A stretch of 64,000 bases of DNA, taken from Octopus vulgaris (lineage: Eukaryota). Below, piece after piece: positions 1-12,800 of the stretch. The stretch lies in the NCBI GenBank assembly GCA_951406725.2, contig OX597818.1, positions 92,752,001 to 92,816,000 of the forward strand, given 5' to 3'. The notes under the pieces are model-generated. The model was not told the DNA's origin, made no database searches, and saw nothing but the letters and a program-made list of their open reading frames with translations. Every line of letters begins with the position of its first letter. Position 1 is the first letter of the stretch. A program made the translations under genes and the position numbers.

Positions 1-127
1 CTAAGCCAAATTTTTGATTTTTTTTCAGCAGAAATACATCTGATAATTAGCAATCAATTAAATGATTTTATTATTTTATTTTTTTTTTAGGTTTCTTCCC
101 TGAAAGCAAGAAATTTAACTCTGCAAG

Positions 128-134
128 ATGTCTG
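128..134 (+). CDS. Gelsolin-like coding exon 1 (ATG TCT G); whole exon 91-134
   Basis: Polypyrimidine tract plus AG at 89-90; AAGATGTCTG then donor GTATGT; phase 1 joins exon 2 to give [10 protein letters not shown]. Confidence 0.8.
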
Positions 135-2292
135 GTATGTTGAAATTACATTCCTTGATTACATTATGAGAATTTATTTATTTATTTACGAGAAACTTTG
201 AGAGATATGAAATAAATAACTGTAATGGTGAGATTTGAAGTAGATAAAGTTAGGGGTTTTCAACCCAATATTCTGCATGCTATTACTTATTGCTTTATCT
301 ACTCTGAGTTCCCCTGTTAAAATGATTTATTACATTCATTGATTTTATTGCTAAGAAATAGTTAGTTTCTTGGCAGCAAGGCTGATTCATTATGACAGTA
401 AAATTATTCCAAATTTTTGTGTCTATATTTTTAACAAGCAAAACACCCCTCGTCCAATGGATGGTGCTGAGTTGTCAAACATTTAAACCAAATTTTCTCA
501 AAACAACTTGTCCACCCGCCCCATAGGCATCCCCTTTGAGAAACACTGATTTAACCTAAATTTGAGAAACCAGCAAAAGAAGAAATAAAGATAGAATTTT
601 TTTCTATTCCAAAGAAAAACGATTTTATTCACACAGGTATGCAGCCGATGAGTTTAAAGTACCAGTAATGCTAAGGCTGTTGACTGGGAGAGCACAAACA
701 TGACTTAAACAGTAAGCTTGGCAGGAAAGAAACGTGCCTTTAAGCAGTACAAAAACAACAAAAAATGGAAGGTGCAGTTATGTACAGGTTGACAGAAGAA
801 AAGCACGTTCCCATGGTTTTATCGATCGCATTCTCACCTGGAATCGATTTTTGTAATTTTTTCAAGGCTTATACACGCCCTGATACCGTCGGTATCTACA
901 TATCAAATTTGAGCGCAATTGGATGGATGTCCAAGATCCTAGAAGACACACACACACAGACAGAACGGATTTTACATATTAGATAAATGTTCTCTGCTAT
1001 TGTGGTTCAATTTCCAAGAATTTGACAGTTTTGTAAAATAACTATAACTGTTTTTTAAAACATTGTTGATGCATGCTCGCATGCGCAAGCACACACACAC
1101 ACACACACTCACACAGTGAAATGCAACTCTAGAACTTCTCCATACACACTTTATAGATGTCACCCTATTGAAGTTCAACTTGAACTTCAACAATCTCAAC
1201 CAGATTAATCTGAGAAGGCTTACAAAGCTTAACACTGACCTGCCATTACTGCTTTCTATTTTCACAAATGTAATTATAGAAAATAACTATAAATAGGCAT
1301 TTTGTAAAGCTACTTCAAATCATGACCATTTTGATACCAACCTGCCTGAGCCCATCCAGGTTCTTGAATACAAACTTCCAGTTTTAAAGTGATCGAAATC
1401 AAAACCTTCCATCATAATTTCATGTTAATTTGTCCTAAAGATTAATAATGACATTTTTACTGAATTCTTTATTATTTTTTTAATTAATGGAAACAAAGCA
1501 AGGATACATTAAACAATGTAATTATGGTTGTATACAAAGATGAGATGTTCACATTGAAGATACTTATGATTATTGCTTTACTAGCAGTGTAGCCCAGCAT
1601 TGCTCGGATTTGTTTTCTTTTCAACTCTTTAGAATTGGAATTTTTGAAAAGTAAAAATTTTGCTATATATAGCTTGTTATTCTCTTTAAGTGAACATTTT
1701 TCTGGTTGAAATACACCAAAAAATGGTGATACAGCAGTCAAAAAATCGTAAAAAATAAGGATTTTCATAGATAAAAGGCACCTTTTTGATGTAAATAATT
1801 TTTGGTGTTAACATGGTCCGATTTGAATTTTTTCTTTTGCAGAATGAAGAGCAAGCCTTCTTCTATCATACTCTTAAGTTTGGTCAACTTGCGCTGTAGG
1901 GTCTTGGAGGAGATAGTGTTAGTTGAAGGTTACCAAACCTGCCACACACGCACACAGACAACTTCAGCTTTATATATATAGACTGACATGGGGTTAAACA
2001 GTAACAACACTATATAGTTGTTTCATCAGCTGTGAGCTCTATAACTGTTGGACCATTTCAACTTAGCCCTTTCATTGTCTTCTTTATCTTTTAACTCTTT
2101 TACTTGTTTCAGTCATTTTGACTGCAGCCATGTTGGAGCACCGCCTTTTGTTGAGCAAATTGACCCCAGGACTTATTCTTTGTAAGCCTAGTACTTATTT
2201 CATAGGACTCTTTTGCCGAATCACTAAGTTACGGGGACATAAACACACCAGCATCGGTTGTCAGGCGATGTTGGGGGGACAAACACCCATAC

Positions 2293-2334
<42 letters not shown>

Positions 2335-4545
2335 GACGGTCTTCTTTCAGTTTCTGTCTACCAAATCCACTCACAAGACTTTGGTCGGCCAGAGGCTAAA
2401 GTAGAAGACAATTGCCCAAGGTGCCACACAGGGGGACTGAACCCAGAACCATGTGGTTGGTAAGCAAGCTACTTACCACACAGCCACTCCTGCGCCTTAC
2501 TGTATTTATTTTGAGATACTCTGTGTTTCTTTCAATTACTTTAAATACAACAAAGAATTTAGTAAAAAAACTTAGTTATCATTCAGCTAGTATTAGGAAC
2601 ATAGTGACTAAGGTTTGGTAGATTTTAATTCAAAACTTATGTAAACAAGACATTTTTACTCAGAGCAAGAGCCAGTTTCAACCAGGTTGGTAACAAAAGG
2701 GTTAACTATGTTTCATACTCAAGCTTGAAATGTGACAGGCTCTCATAGACTGACTTATCAGGATGTACAAAATCTTTTCATTCTAACTTTTCATCCCAGC
2801 ATGGCATCAACTTCTTGCAGTAACAAGTAGAAATTATTACCAGTATTATGCTGGTGTTTTTGAATCCTTATCTAATCTATAATTTAACTAGTAGAGAGGA
2901 GGCAATGCCCTCCGTCTATCCAGAACATCTGGGTCCCAGTGCTATAACTTGGGTTATCAGCACCTGGAGGAGGTGAGTGTAGTTGAGAATGAATAGCCTC
3001 TACATTATTTACTATTACTACTTTGTTTCTGTTTTCTTTATTTCTAAATTTTGCACCCTAAGAATTTTACATCCAGGTTAACTGCCCCTGTGGCTCTGTT
3101 CACACTATACCACTAGTAACTCAGTGCCTGCTGGCAAAAAAAATAACTGTGGGCGATATGAAAGCTGGGTGGAGGGAGTAAATGGTTGTCACAAAATGTT
3201 TATTGTGGTGACTAACGTTTTACTGTCCTCCTACTTATTTGTTTTCAGCAAAATATAAGGGGGAGAACAACAAAGAAGTCTTTGTCAGAGTTATATCTTC
3301 CCTTTCCTAAGTGTTAACAGTTGTACTAAATCAATAATTATAACATATCTTTACAAAACTTCTGCTCCACTTAATACAGGAAATAAATAAGATGGCTGTT
3401 TTTATCTCATGGCAACAAATATCTGTTAATGCATCAAAAATGTTGCTCTTTGGCATGGCAACACCCTGTTTATTACTTAACTAAAGCATAATTTAGTCTG
3501 TTGATCTATTTAACATATGAAATTCTTTATCTATATGACTGTTTTTATAAATTTCACCCTCATACATAATCAGTTTCTCTCTTCCTCCAAGTACAGTGTA
3601 AAGTAATACTGTTTATCTTGGTGTTACTCTGGTAACAGACTCACATGGGTGACTAATTAGGAAACAAGGAATGTAATTTTAAGAGAAGCCTACTAGATTT
3701 ACTGTAAACAACTGGCATGACCATATATGTAGATATATTTTCTCACTGCCTATTTCAGCTGACTAACTTGTAAAGAAAGTTAGGCTGACCTTGTTGGCTA
3801 TAAAAAGCTTTAAATATTTTTCCTCTCTGACTCAACCTTACCTTACTTGCCTCCCTCCTCTTTTTGCTCCAGACTTGCTGGTTATATTTCCAATTCTAGT
3901 TTAAAAAAACAAGCAAACTGCCTTTTTTGTTGCATCTCACCCCTTTCCACTAAGTCTCCTTAAAATCCCTTTTCCTCTTCCTTAAATATTTCTGAGGTGT
4001 TCTGACTAAAAGATGTTATTTTTTTCCCCCTTCCTTGAATTCCTAACATTATTTCTATGAATTCATTTAGTCACTGAATAAAACCTACTCTCTCACCCAT
4101 TCATTCACGCTTAACTTTAAAATAGACATGCTGCTTAAATGCAAAAGTGAATTCATGTTTTATGCACAATTGCATGGGCATGACAGTGTAGTCTAGAAGT
4201 TTGTTTCACAACCGTGTGGTTTTGGCTTCCATCCCACTGTGCAGCCCCTTGGGCAAGTGTCTTCTACCTATAAACCCAGGCAAACTAATACCTTGTAAGT
4301 GAATTTGGTAGACAGAAATTGTATAGAAGCCCACCATGTATGTATGTATGTATGTATGTATGTATGTATATATATATATATATATATATAATTTAGATTC
4401 AGATGAATATGGTACTTAAGTTGAGGCACCAGAATTTAGTATGGTATTATCCATACAATTTCAAAATAAGGTGATTAAAATCAAAATAAGCTACAAGAAT
4501 ATCCAGGGGTACTGCATTACCTCTGGATATCCTTGTTGCTTATTT

Positions 4546-4591
<46 letters not shown>

Positions 4592-6756
4592 GTATGTATA
4601 TGTATATATACGTACATACATACTCTTTCTCTCTCTTTTTTACTCTTATTTGTTTCAGTCATTTGACTGCAGCCATGCTGAAGCACCGACTTTAGTTGAA
4701 CAAATCAACCCCAGGATGATAAACGTCACCCTTTTCAAGCCTAGCCAGGCTCATGGGCCCGATTTCCCAGTTTCTGTGGTGTATGTGTTCCCCCCAGCTG
4801 GATGGGACACTAGTCCATTGCAGGATTACTCAAGAAACAGGAAGAGAGCGAGAGAAAGTTGGGGCGAAAGAGTACAACAGGGGTCGCCACCACCCCTGCT
4901 GGAGCATTGTGGAGCTTTTAGGTGTTTTCGCTCAATAGACACACACAATGCCCGGTTTGGGAATCGAAACTGCGATCCTCCGACCACGAGTCTGCTGCCC
5001 TAACCACTGGGCCATTGCGCCTCCTATTCTTTGTAAGCCTAGAATTCTATCAGTCTCTTTTTGCAAACCACTAAGTTATGGGTTTGTAAACACACCAGCA
5101 TCAGTTGTCAAGCGATGGTGGGCGACAGACACACACACATATATTTGATGGGCTTCTTTCAGTTTCTGTCTACCAAATCCACTCACAAGGCTTTAGTCAG
5201 CCTGAGTCTATAGTAGTGGGACTGAACCCAAAACCATTTAATTGCAGCCATACTAGGACACTACCTAGAAAGCTTTTAGTTGAACAACTCAACAGTTAGC
5301 CTTAAATTTATTGAGTTAATTTTTTTAATTGTAGAGTTCCTAATAAAAGCTATTATTTTTAGTTTTTAAATCTAAATATTAAAAAATTTTAACTATAGCT
5401 GCAATATTTTAATTATAGATATACTTGTCCTGTACTTTTCCAGGTGTAATAACCTATCCTGTACTTTTCCAGGTGTAATAACCTATCCTGTACTTTTCCA
5501 GGTGTAATAACCTGTCATGTACTTTTCTAGGTGTAATAACTTGTCCTGTACTTTTCCAGGTTTAATAACTTAAGAATATTAGCCTCTATGCATCCGCATT
5601 TTTCATTGTAATATCAGTGTTGCTTTGCTGAACTGATAGAATAAGTACTATGTGTAAAATAAAGTACTGGGGTTGATTTGATCAACTAGGAGATCAACAA
5701 GGTGGTGCTCCAGGATGGGTGAAGTCTATTGACTAAAACAAGTAAGTAATATACAATGGCCTTTCATGCTTGTATATAGTGCATTTTTATGTGAGAGGAG
5801 ACATACACTGATCAATTTTGTAAACCATCAGTAAAAACTGCTACTGAAAGCCTGAACATTCAAACTGTTGATAGGACCTAATTACCAGTGTGCTAGTTGA
5901 ATATATTGTCATTGATCTCATAACCATTCTGTATAACAGTTTATTGGTTGCTGGTAACAGCTGTATCTGAAATGATGTTATCATAGCTGGACTCCTGTCC
6001 AATGCTGTTATATCTCTTGTGACTAACACTACCATGTCAACTACCTTTGCTGTATTGACCAGTACACTATAACCTGATAATGCATCTTTGGACTGTCATC
6101 TAGTCCTGCTGCTCACCACTAGACTGCATGCCCATAATTACTATTAACAATTTCAGTTAGTAAGCTCCTTTATATCACTTTTTAAAAATTATTGTGCAAA
6201 TTAATATAACATTGATCTGAATCACTAATTAATTTGAATGGTGAGGATGTAGGCATATGTATTGACACCAGCTGATTGATCCAAAAATTAATGATGTCGG
6301 CATGTCAATTATTCCTAATATATCTGATCAAATGAACAGTTGTTGACAGCAAACTGCCAATTTGAGGATCTACATCCGAGTCACTGAAGTACTTTGAATA
6401 TAACACCATGAGGTATTTGCTAACACTAAAGAAGTTCATGTTGAGTGTCTTTTGCAATGCAAGGTATGATTTGACAATAATTTGGCTAGTATTTCTAGCA
6501 AGTCCAGTAGCCACAAAGAGGTTCCATAATTGGCTCATTTCCATATTTAAGAAGCTGATAGCTTGTTATTTGGAGGAGGTTTGTCTATTATTTCTATCAA
6601 GTTGAGCAACCACATACAGGTACCATTCTATGAAAACACTGTAAATTTGATAAGAAAATAACTGGTAAATGATGTAATAATAATTGTTGTTGTCAGTAAT
6701 GTAGAGGCTAGTGAAGTAACTACTTTGTATCTGGTAAAGAGGAGAAAAAGAATTTA

Positions 6757-6823
<67 letters not shown>

Positions 6824-8475
6824 TTGCGGCCAAAATGTTCAGAACGGCATTGTTTTCGTCAGAAAAGTAGGTATAAGTTTTTATCAAAGCTGTTTTATAT
6901 TCTATAATTTTCACAGACAATAAATACAATATGATTTGTTATTGTCTGAGATTTTGGTGTAATTTGAGAGGATAATAAAAAACTTATGGATGATTTAGTG
7001 ATTTACTGCAAAACCCATGGCGGCCAAAATGATCAGAACGGTTGCTTTTACTCCATGTTTTAGTATATTTAACCATCGAACTCTAATGTTTTGAATTTGT
7101 TTACGTGACAGTTCACTTACTAAACATTAGTAAGAATATCTGCAGTGTACTTTGTTAATATAATGCCACTTACTCCGTTACCAATTCGTCAGCAGATTAT
7201 TAAGCTTCGAAAGAAGGATAATTTAAGTATTTGGTTTATTGCAAAGATTGTTAACAAGTCAAAAAGTGTTGTTCACGGTATTCTTAAGGTCTACGATGAT
7301 TGTGGTTCATGTGAAGCAAGAAAGTCTACAGGTAGGCCAAGAAAAACGACCAAGAGTGAAGATCGTGCTATGGTAAAGTTGGTTAAAAAGGACAGATTTA
7401 AAACTGCTGCTGCTGTTTTTCAGGAAATGAGCATTGTACTGAAGAAAACTTTATCTCGAAAAACTGTGGCTTGTCCTTTAGTTGAACATGACCTACAAGC
7501 AAGAGCACCTGCAGTGAAGCCACTGATCAGCTCCAAGAATAAAAAGTGTCGTCTTACCTTTGCAACTGAACATGTGTTGTGGTCTCATGAAAAATGGCAA
7601 ACTGTGCATTTCAGTGATGAATCTAAGTCTATGTTATTTGGCTCAGATGGGAAAAGGTACGTTTGTCGAAAAGCAGGTGAAAAATTGTCACCTAAATGCC
7701 TTAAGACTAGTGTTAAATTCGGTGGAGGAAGTGTCATGGTTTGGGGGATGATATCTGGAGATGTTGTGGGCCCTTTGCTGCGATTACATGGAAAGGTAAA
7801 TGCAGGAGTTTATAAACAACTTGTAAAAGATCATGTCTTGCCTGTGCTGAGAAATTCAACTAAGCAACCACCCATATTCATGCAGGACAATGCCCCATGT
7901 CACAAGGCTAAGGTGGTCATGAACTTCCTCAAGGCTGAAAAGGTTATTGTTATGGATTGGCCTGCTCAAAGCCCAGACCTCAATCCTATTGAAAATGTGT
8001 GGAATATTCAAGGAGAACGTTTGAAAGCCAGAAATCCTAAAACAACCGAGCAATTATGGAATGCCCTTCAGGAAGAATGGAATAAGATCACCCAGCAAGA
8101 AATTGAAATTTTAATTTCCCCATGCAGTCGAAAATATCAAAATTTGATTGAAGCTAAAGGGCTTCACACTAAATATGAAATAATTTCAGCATTCTCTGTC
8201 ACTTTTTGATTATTTTGTTATTTTTTCAATCGTTCTGATCATTTTGGCCACCATGGGTTTTGCAGTAAATCACTATATCATCCATAACTTTTGTATTATC
8301 CACTCAAATTACACCAAAGTCTCAGACAATACCAATTAATATTGTATTTATTGTCTGTGAAAATTGTAGAATATAAAACAACTTTAATAAAAACTTATAC
8401 CTACTTTTCTGACAAAAACAATGCCATTCTGAACATTTTGGTCGCAACTGTATATATATATATACATATATATAC

Positions 8476-8524
<49 letters not shown>

Positions 8525-9777
8525 AAGGAGCTTCTACAGGATTAGAACTGTTTCATTCAAATGAAATCGATGATTTCATTTGAATGAAACAGTTCTAGTC
8601 CTGTAGAAGCTCCTAATATAAAATAAATTAATTTACTCTGCTATGTATTGAGTACCTTATTTACTGTGGTTAACCACAACTCAACCCAGGACCTACATAT
8701 ATATATATATATATATATGCAAACTTAATGTCTGAACTAGTTGTGCGCCATGTTACAATAGTGAACTGAATGAACATCCACACCACAAAAATATATAAAA
8801 AAAGCATTATTTTAACATGGTGCACGAACCTTATATAAAACTGTAATAAATACAATTTGTCAACACACCCAGATGTCAGCAAAGAATGTAATAAAATATA
8901 GGTGTCTTGTAACAAAATATCTGTCTTATCTTTGATTGTTTCTCAAATGACATTTGATTTTTGTGTTTAAAGTCAAACAAAATATCTTGTTCATTTTTCT
9001 ACATAATTGATCTCTCAAGTAAATGAACCTGACCTACTTTTTCTAATCTAAAACCTAATCATGTAAAGCCGCCATCTCACACTTTGTGAATAGTTTGAAT
9101 GGATGTTGAATATTTGTATGAAAGAAACGATTGGCATTGCGTGGGTGGATAATAATCACGATATAATCATTTATGTTCTGGAATGTATAATGAGGGATTG
9201 GTTATGTGTTTTGCACTTGTTTTTCCATGTTAGCATTGGTTAGACGATATTATTGAGGCATTGTTTTACTGTTGGATGCCCTTTTTGTAGTCCTCTCCTT
9301 GTTTTTAAGTAAGGTTTCTTTTATTTCACACCAGTTTGGCAGTGTAAAGCAAGTGAATGATTTGCAGTCAGAAATGATGACAACAGGACTACTCACAGCT
9401 TGTGACTTTCATAGAGAGAAAATATAAAACACACACCCTCAGCTAACTTGTTTCAGCTTCCTTCTACCAAATTTACTTATAAAGTTTGGTTGGCCCAGGT
9501 CTATAATAGAAGAGAGTAGCTTGAGACTAAACCTAGAAATACATGATTGGGAAGCTAATTTTTTAACTACATAGGCATGACTTCGTCTCTTAGATAATAA
9601 AAAGACAAAAGCAAGAAAAATTTAAGCTATGTGCATAGGCGCAGGATTGACTGTGTGGTAAGTAGCTTGCTTACCAACTACATGGTTTCTGGTTCAGTCC
9701 CACCGCAAGGCACCTTGGGCAAGTGTCTTCTTTAGCGTTAAGTGGATTCAGTTGACAGAAACTGAAAGAAGCCTGTC

Positions 9778-9811
<34 letters not shown>

Positions 9812-12800
9812 TTGTGTGTGTTTGTCCCCACCCCACCCCACTCCCATCACTTGACAGCTGATGCTGGTGTGTTTATGTCTCTGTAACTATATGGTTCAGC
9901 AAAAGAGACCAATAGAATAAGTATTAGGCTTTAAAAAAAAGTAAGTCCTGAGGTTGACCAAAACCCTTCAAAGCAGTACCCTAGCATGACCACAGTCTGT
10001 TGACTGAACTAAGCAAAGATAAAAGATATATATATCAAATGGATATCTTATAAAACTATTCCACACATACAATAACAACCATACCAACCTGACACACCTC
10101 CATCATCAGCTGCCCCACAGCAGCTGTTTATTATAAGGGATACTGTTTTATTCATATCAGATTATGCAACATATGTACTAAATGCATTATCTATTATTTT
10201 TATTGATCTTGGAATGATCAATAAAATAAAATAAAATGTGGTCGGATTCAAATTCAGAATGTAGAGAGGTTCAATTAAATATTGAGAGGCATTTTAGCCA
10301 ATACTATGTAGTTTCTGCCTGTCCTACCCTATGATGATAATAGTAATAATAATAATAATAATGATAATAATAAGATGACGACGAAGAAAAAGAGAGAGAA
10401 GGAGAGGGAATGGAACAAGAAATAGGAGGAGAGGGGAAAGAAACTAGAGAAAGAAGAGGGAGTGGAACAAGAAATAGAAGGCAGAGGAGGAGGAGGAGAT
10501 GGAAGAGAAAGAAGTACAAGAAGAAAAAAGAGGAGGAGGAGGAAAATGAAACTACTGCATGGGCAATACTTCAGAGAAATTGAAGGAAAAGACAAAATCA
10601 ACACTTGGAGATGGCTAAGAGAAAAGTGATCTAAAAGGATGCATTGAGGCATTGATATGCAGCACCCTGAAACAAGCTCTGAGAACTAATTACATCAAGT
10701 TCCAAATAGATAAGAGTAGCAAATCGCCCCTTGGTAGGGTGTGCAGCAGCAGAAATGAAACAATCTCACATATTGTGAGTGAGTGTAGCAAGCTGACCCC
10801 CAAAGCACTACAAAGGGAGGCACAATAACGTGGCTAAGTTCGTCTACTGGAGGCTATGTGAACAGAGCACAGAAATGATACAAACATGAATCAGAAGGAG
10901 CTAACAAGAAAAAGGAGCATAAGATACTGTGGGATTGTACAATCTAATCTGACTCCCTAATTGAGGTTCACCAACACCTGTTGTCAAATAGTGGTAGGGC
11001 ACAAACAAAGATTCACACACACACACACCCATATGTGCTTCTTTCAGTTTCCATCTACCAAAACTCCTCGCGAAGTGTTGGTTGACCTGAGATTATAGTA
11101 GAAACTTCTTGCCAAGATGCTACACTGTGGTACTGAACCTGGAATCATGTGATTAGGAAGCAAACTTATTACTATATAATATAATAATAAATGTGCCCTT
11201 TTTTTAAAGGCTCATGCGCCCGGTTTCTATGGCGTATGTGTTCCTCAGCTGGACAAGACGCCAGTCCATTGCAGCGTTACTTATTTTTGCCAGCTGAGTG
11301 GACTGGAGCAACGTGAAATGAAGTGTTTTGCTCAAGAAAACAACACGTCACCCGGTCCAGGAATCGAAACCACAATCTTACGATCATGGTACTGACACCC
11401 TAACCACTAAGCCACGTGCCTCCACTCTTACTATACAGCCAAAATAAAAAAAATTTAAACAGCAAAATGTTTTCCACAGTTAGCAGTTTGAGTCCTATAG
11501 AATATTCTAGTGTTTTAATATTTTGTGGAGCTTAGTTCAGTTCCCACTGTGGCTGTAATGTTAGCCAGATTAGAACTGGGTCTAGTTCCGTTTCTGCCTG
11601 AGTCACCCAAATGTGATCAGTCATTCATTGCTATGTTTCATCATCATCAAGACTACTGGCGCATACAACTCAATATATACAACAAATGATTAAATTTGCA
11701 AATAACTCATTGAAATAGCAGACAATGTAATTGAATCAGTTTATTCAGCAACAGCTTTTAAAGGCTGTATGTGAGGGAATGCATCGGATATAAGGAACTG
11801 TACAGCACATAAAATTTGTTGGAGAACTACATTGCCATAACTCTTTAGCATTCAAATTACTCTGCTAAATGTAATGCTTTATTTATTCATATTGTTTCAA
11901 AGTAATCATGCATTATCTCGTTGGGTTAAGATTTCAATAATCTGACTGCTTGTTTTCAGAATGACATTGTAGGGTAGGTGTGAGAAGCTGGATCTGCTAG
12001 TTTTAACATGAAATATGTAGAATGTTTGAGCCAGTCATGGTCATGTTAAATGCTTAAAACGTTAAACAACTCAATAAAAATATTTGGTCTGATTTTTAAT
12101 CTATACAAATGGTTTAGGTTCACCATCATCATTGAAAGTCCAATGAACACACTGGCATTGTGGATGGTTTAACAGGATCTGATGAGACCTGCATCATTGT
12201 CTACTTTATGCATCAATGTCTACTTTGGCGTGGTTTCTATGGCTGTATGCTCTGTCTAACACCAAAAACTTTACTGAATGTACTGGGTATTTTTTTTCCT
12301 AGCACCGGCATGAGTGATGGTTGCATCATAACTTGGAAGGTTAGGTCCTTAAAATAGCTTTAAAGTGGCTCCTATAACTGAGGGAGAACAGAGGAGAGTG
12401 GGCAATGATTCTAGGTTGGGGGATGAAGGGATAGCATGATGAGAGGATGGTGGGGCAGTTTAGAAGGTTACAGACGAAAGAGAAGGGATTCATGATTGGT
12501 GTTATTGAGAAAAGAAAGAGGGACAGAGACAAAAAGTAATAGGGTGGATTGTGTGAAAGGGTCAAGGGCTATCCAGGCTTACAAAGGATGAGTATAGACA
12601 GGTGTGAGAGAAAGGGAAGATAAAGAGTGTAATAGACTAGGGCAGAGAAGAATCCTGATCAAATTGTTCAGTCAATCGTTCAACAAAAGACAAACTAAAG
12701 ATGAATGAAATCGAATAGTTGAATAACTTTTTTTACTTAATTTTTATTCTTTCACTTTAATTTTTTTTTTTTTAAAGGACTGGTAAAAGCTAAAAAATAC

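Noticed and set aside
2430-2496. tRNA genes at A/B-box sequences
   Set aside because: They are SINE heads that continue into SINE bodies; no full cloverleaf.
5424-5570. CRISPR-like 29-bp repeats
   Set aside because: No spacers and a eukaryotic context; it is a plain minisatellite.
5830-6600. Possible old LINE endonuclease remnant on the minus strand
   Set aside because: No unambiguous catalytic motif could be read.
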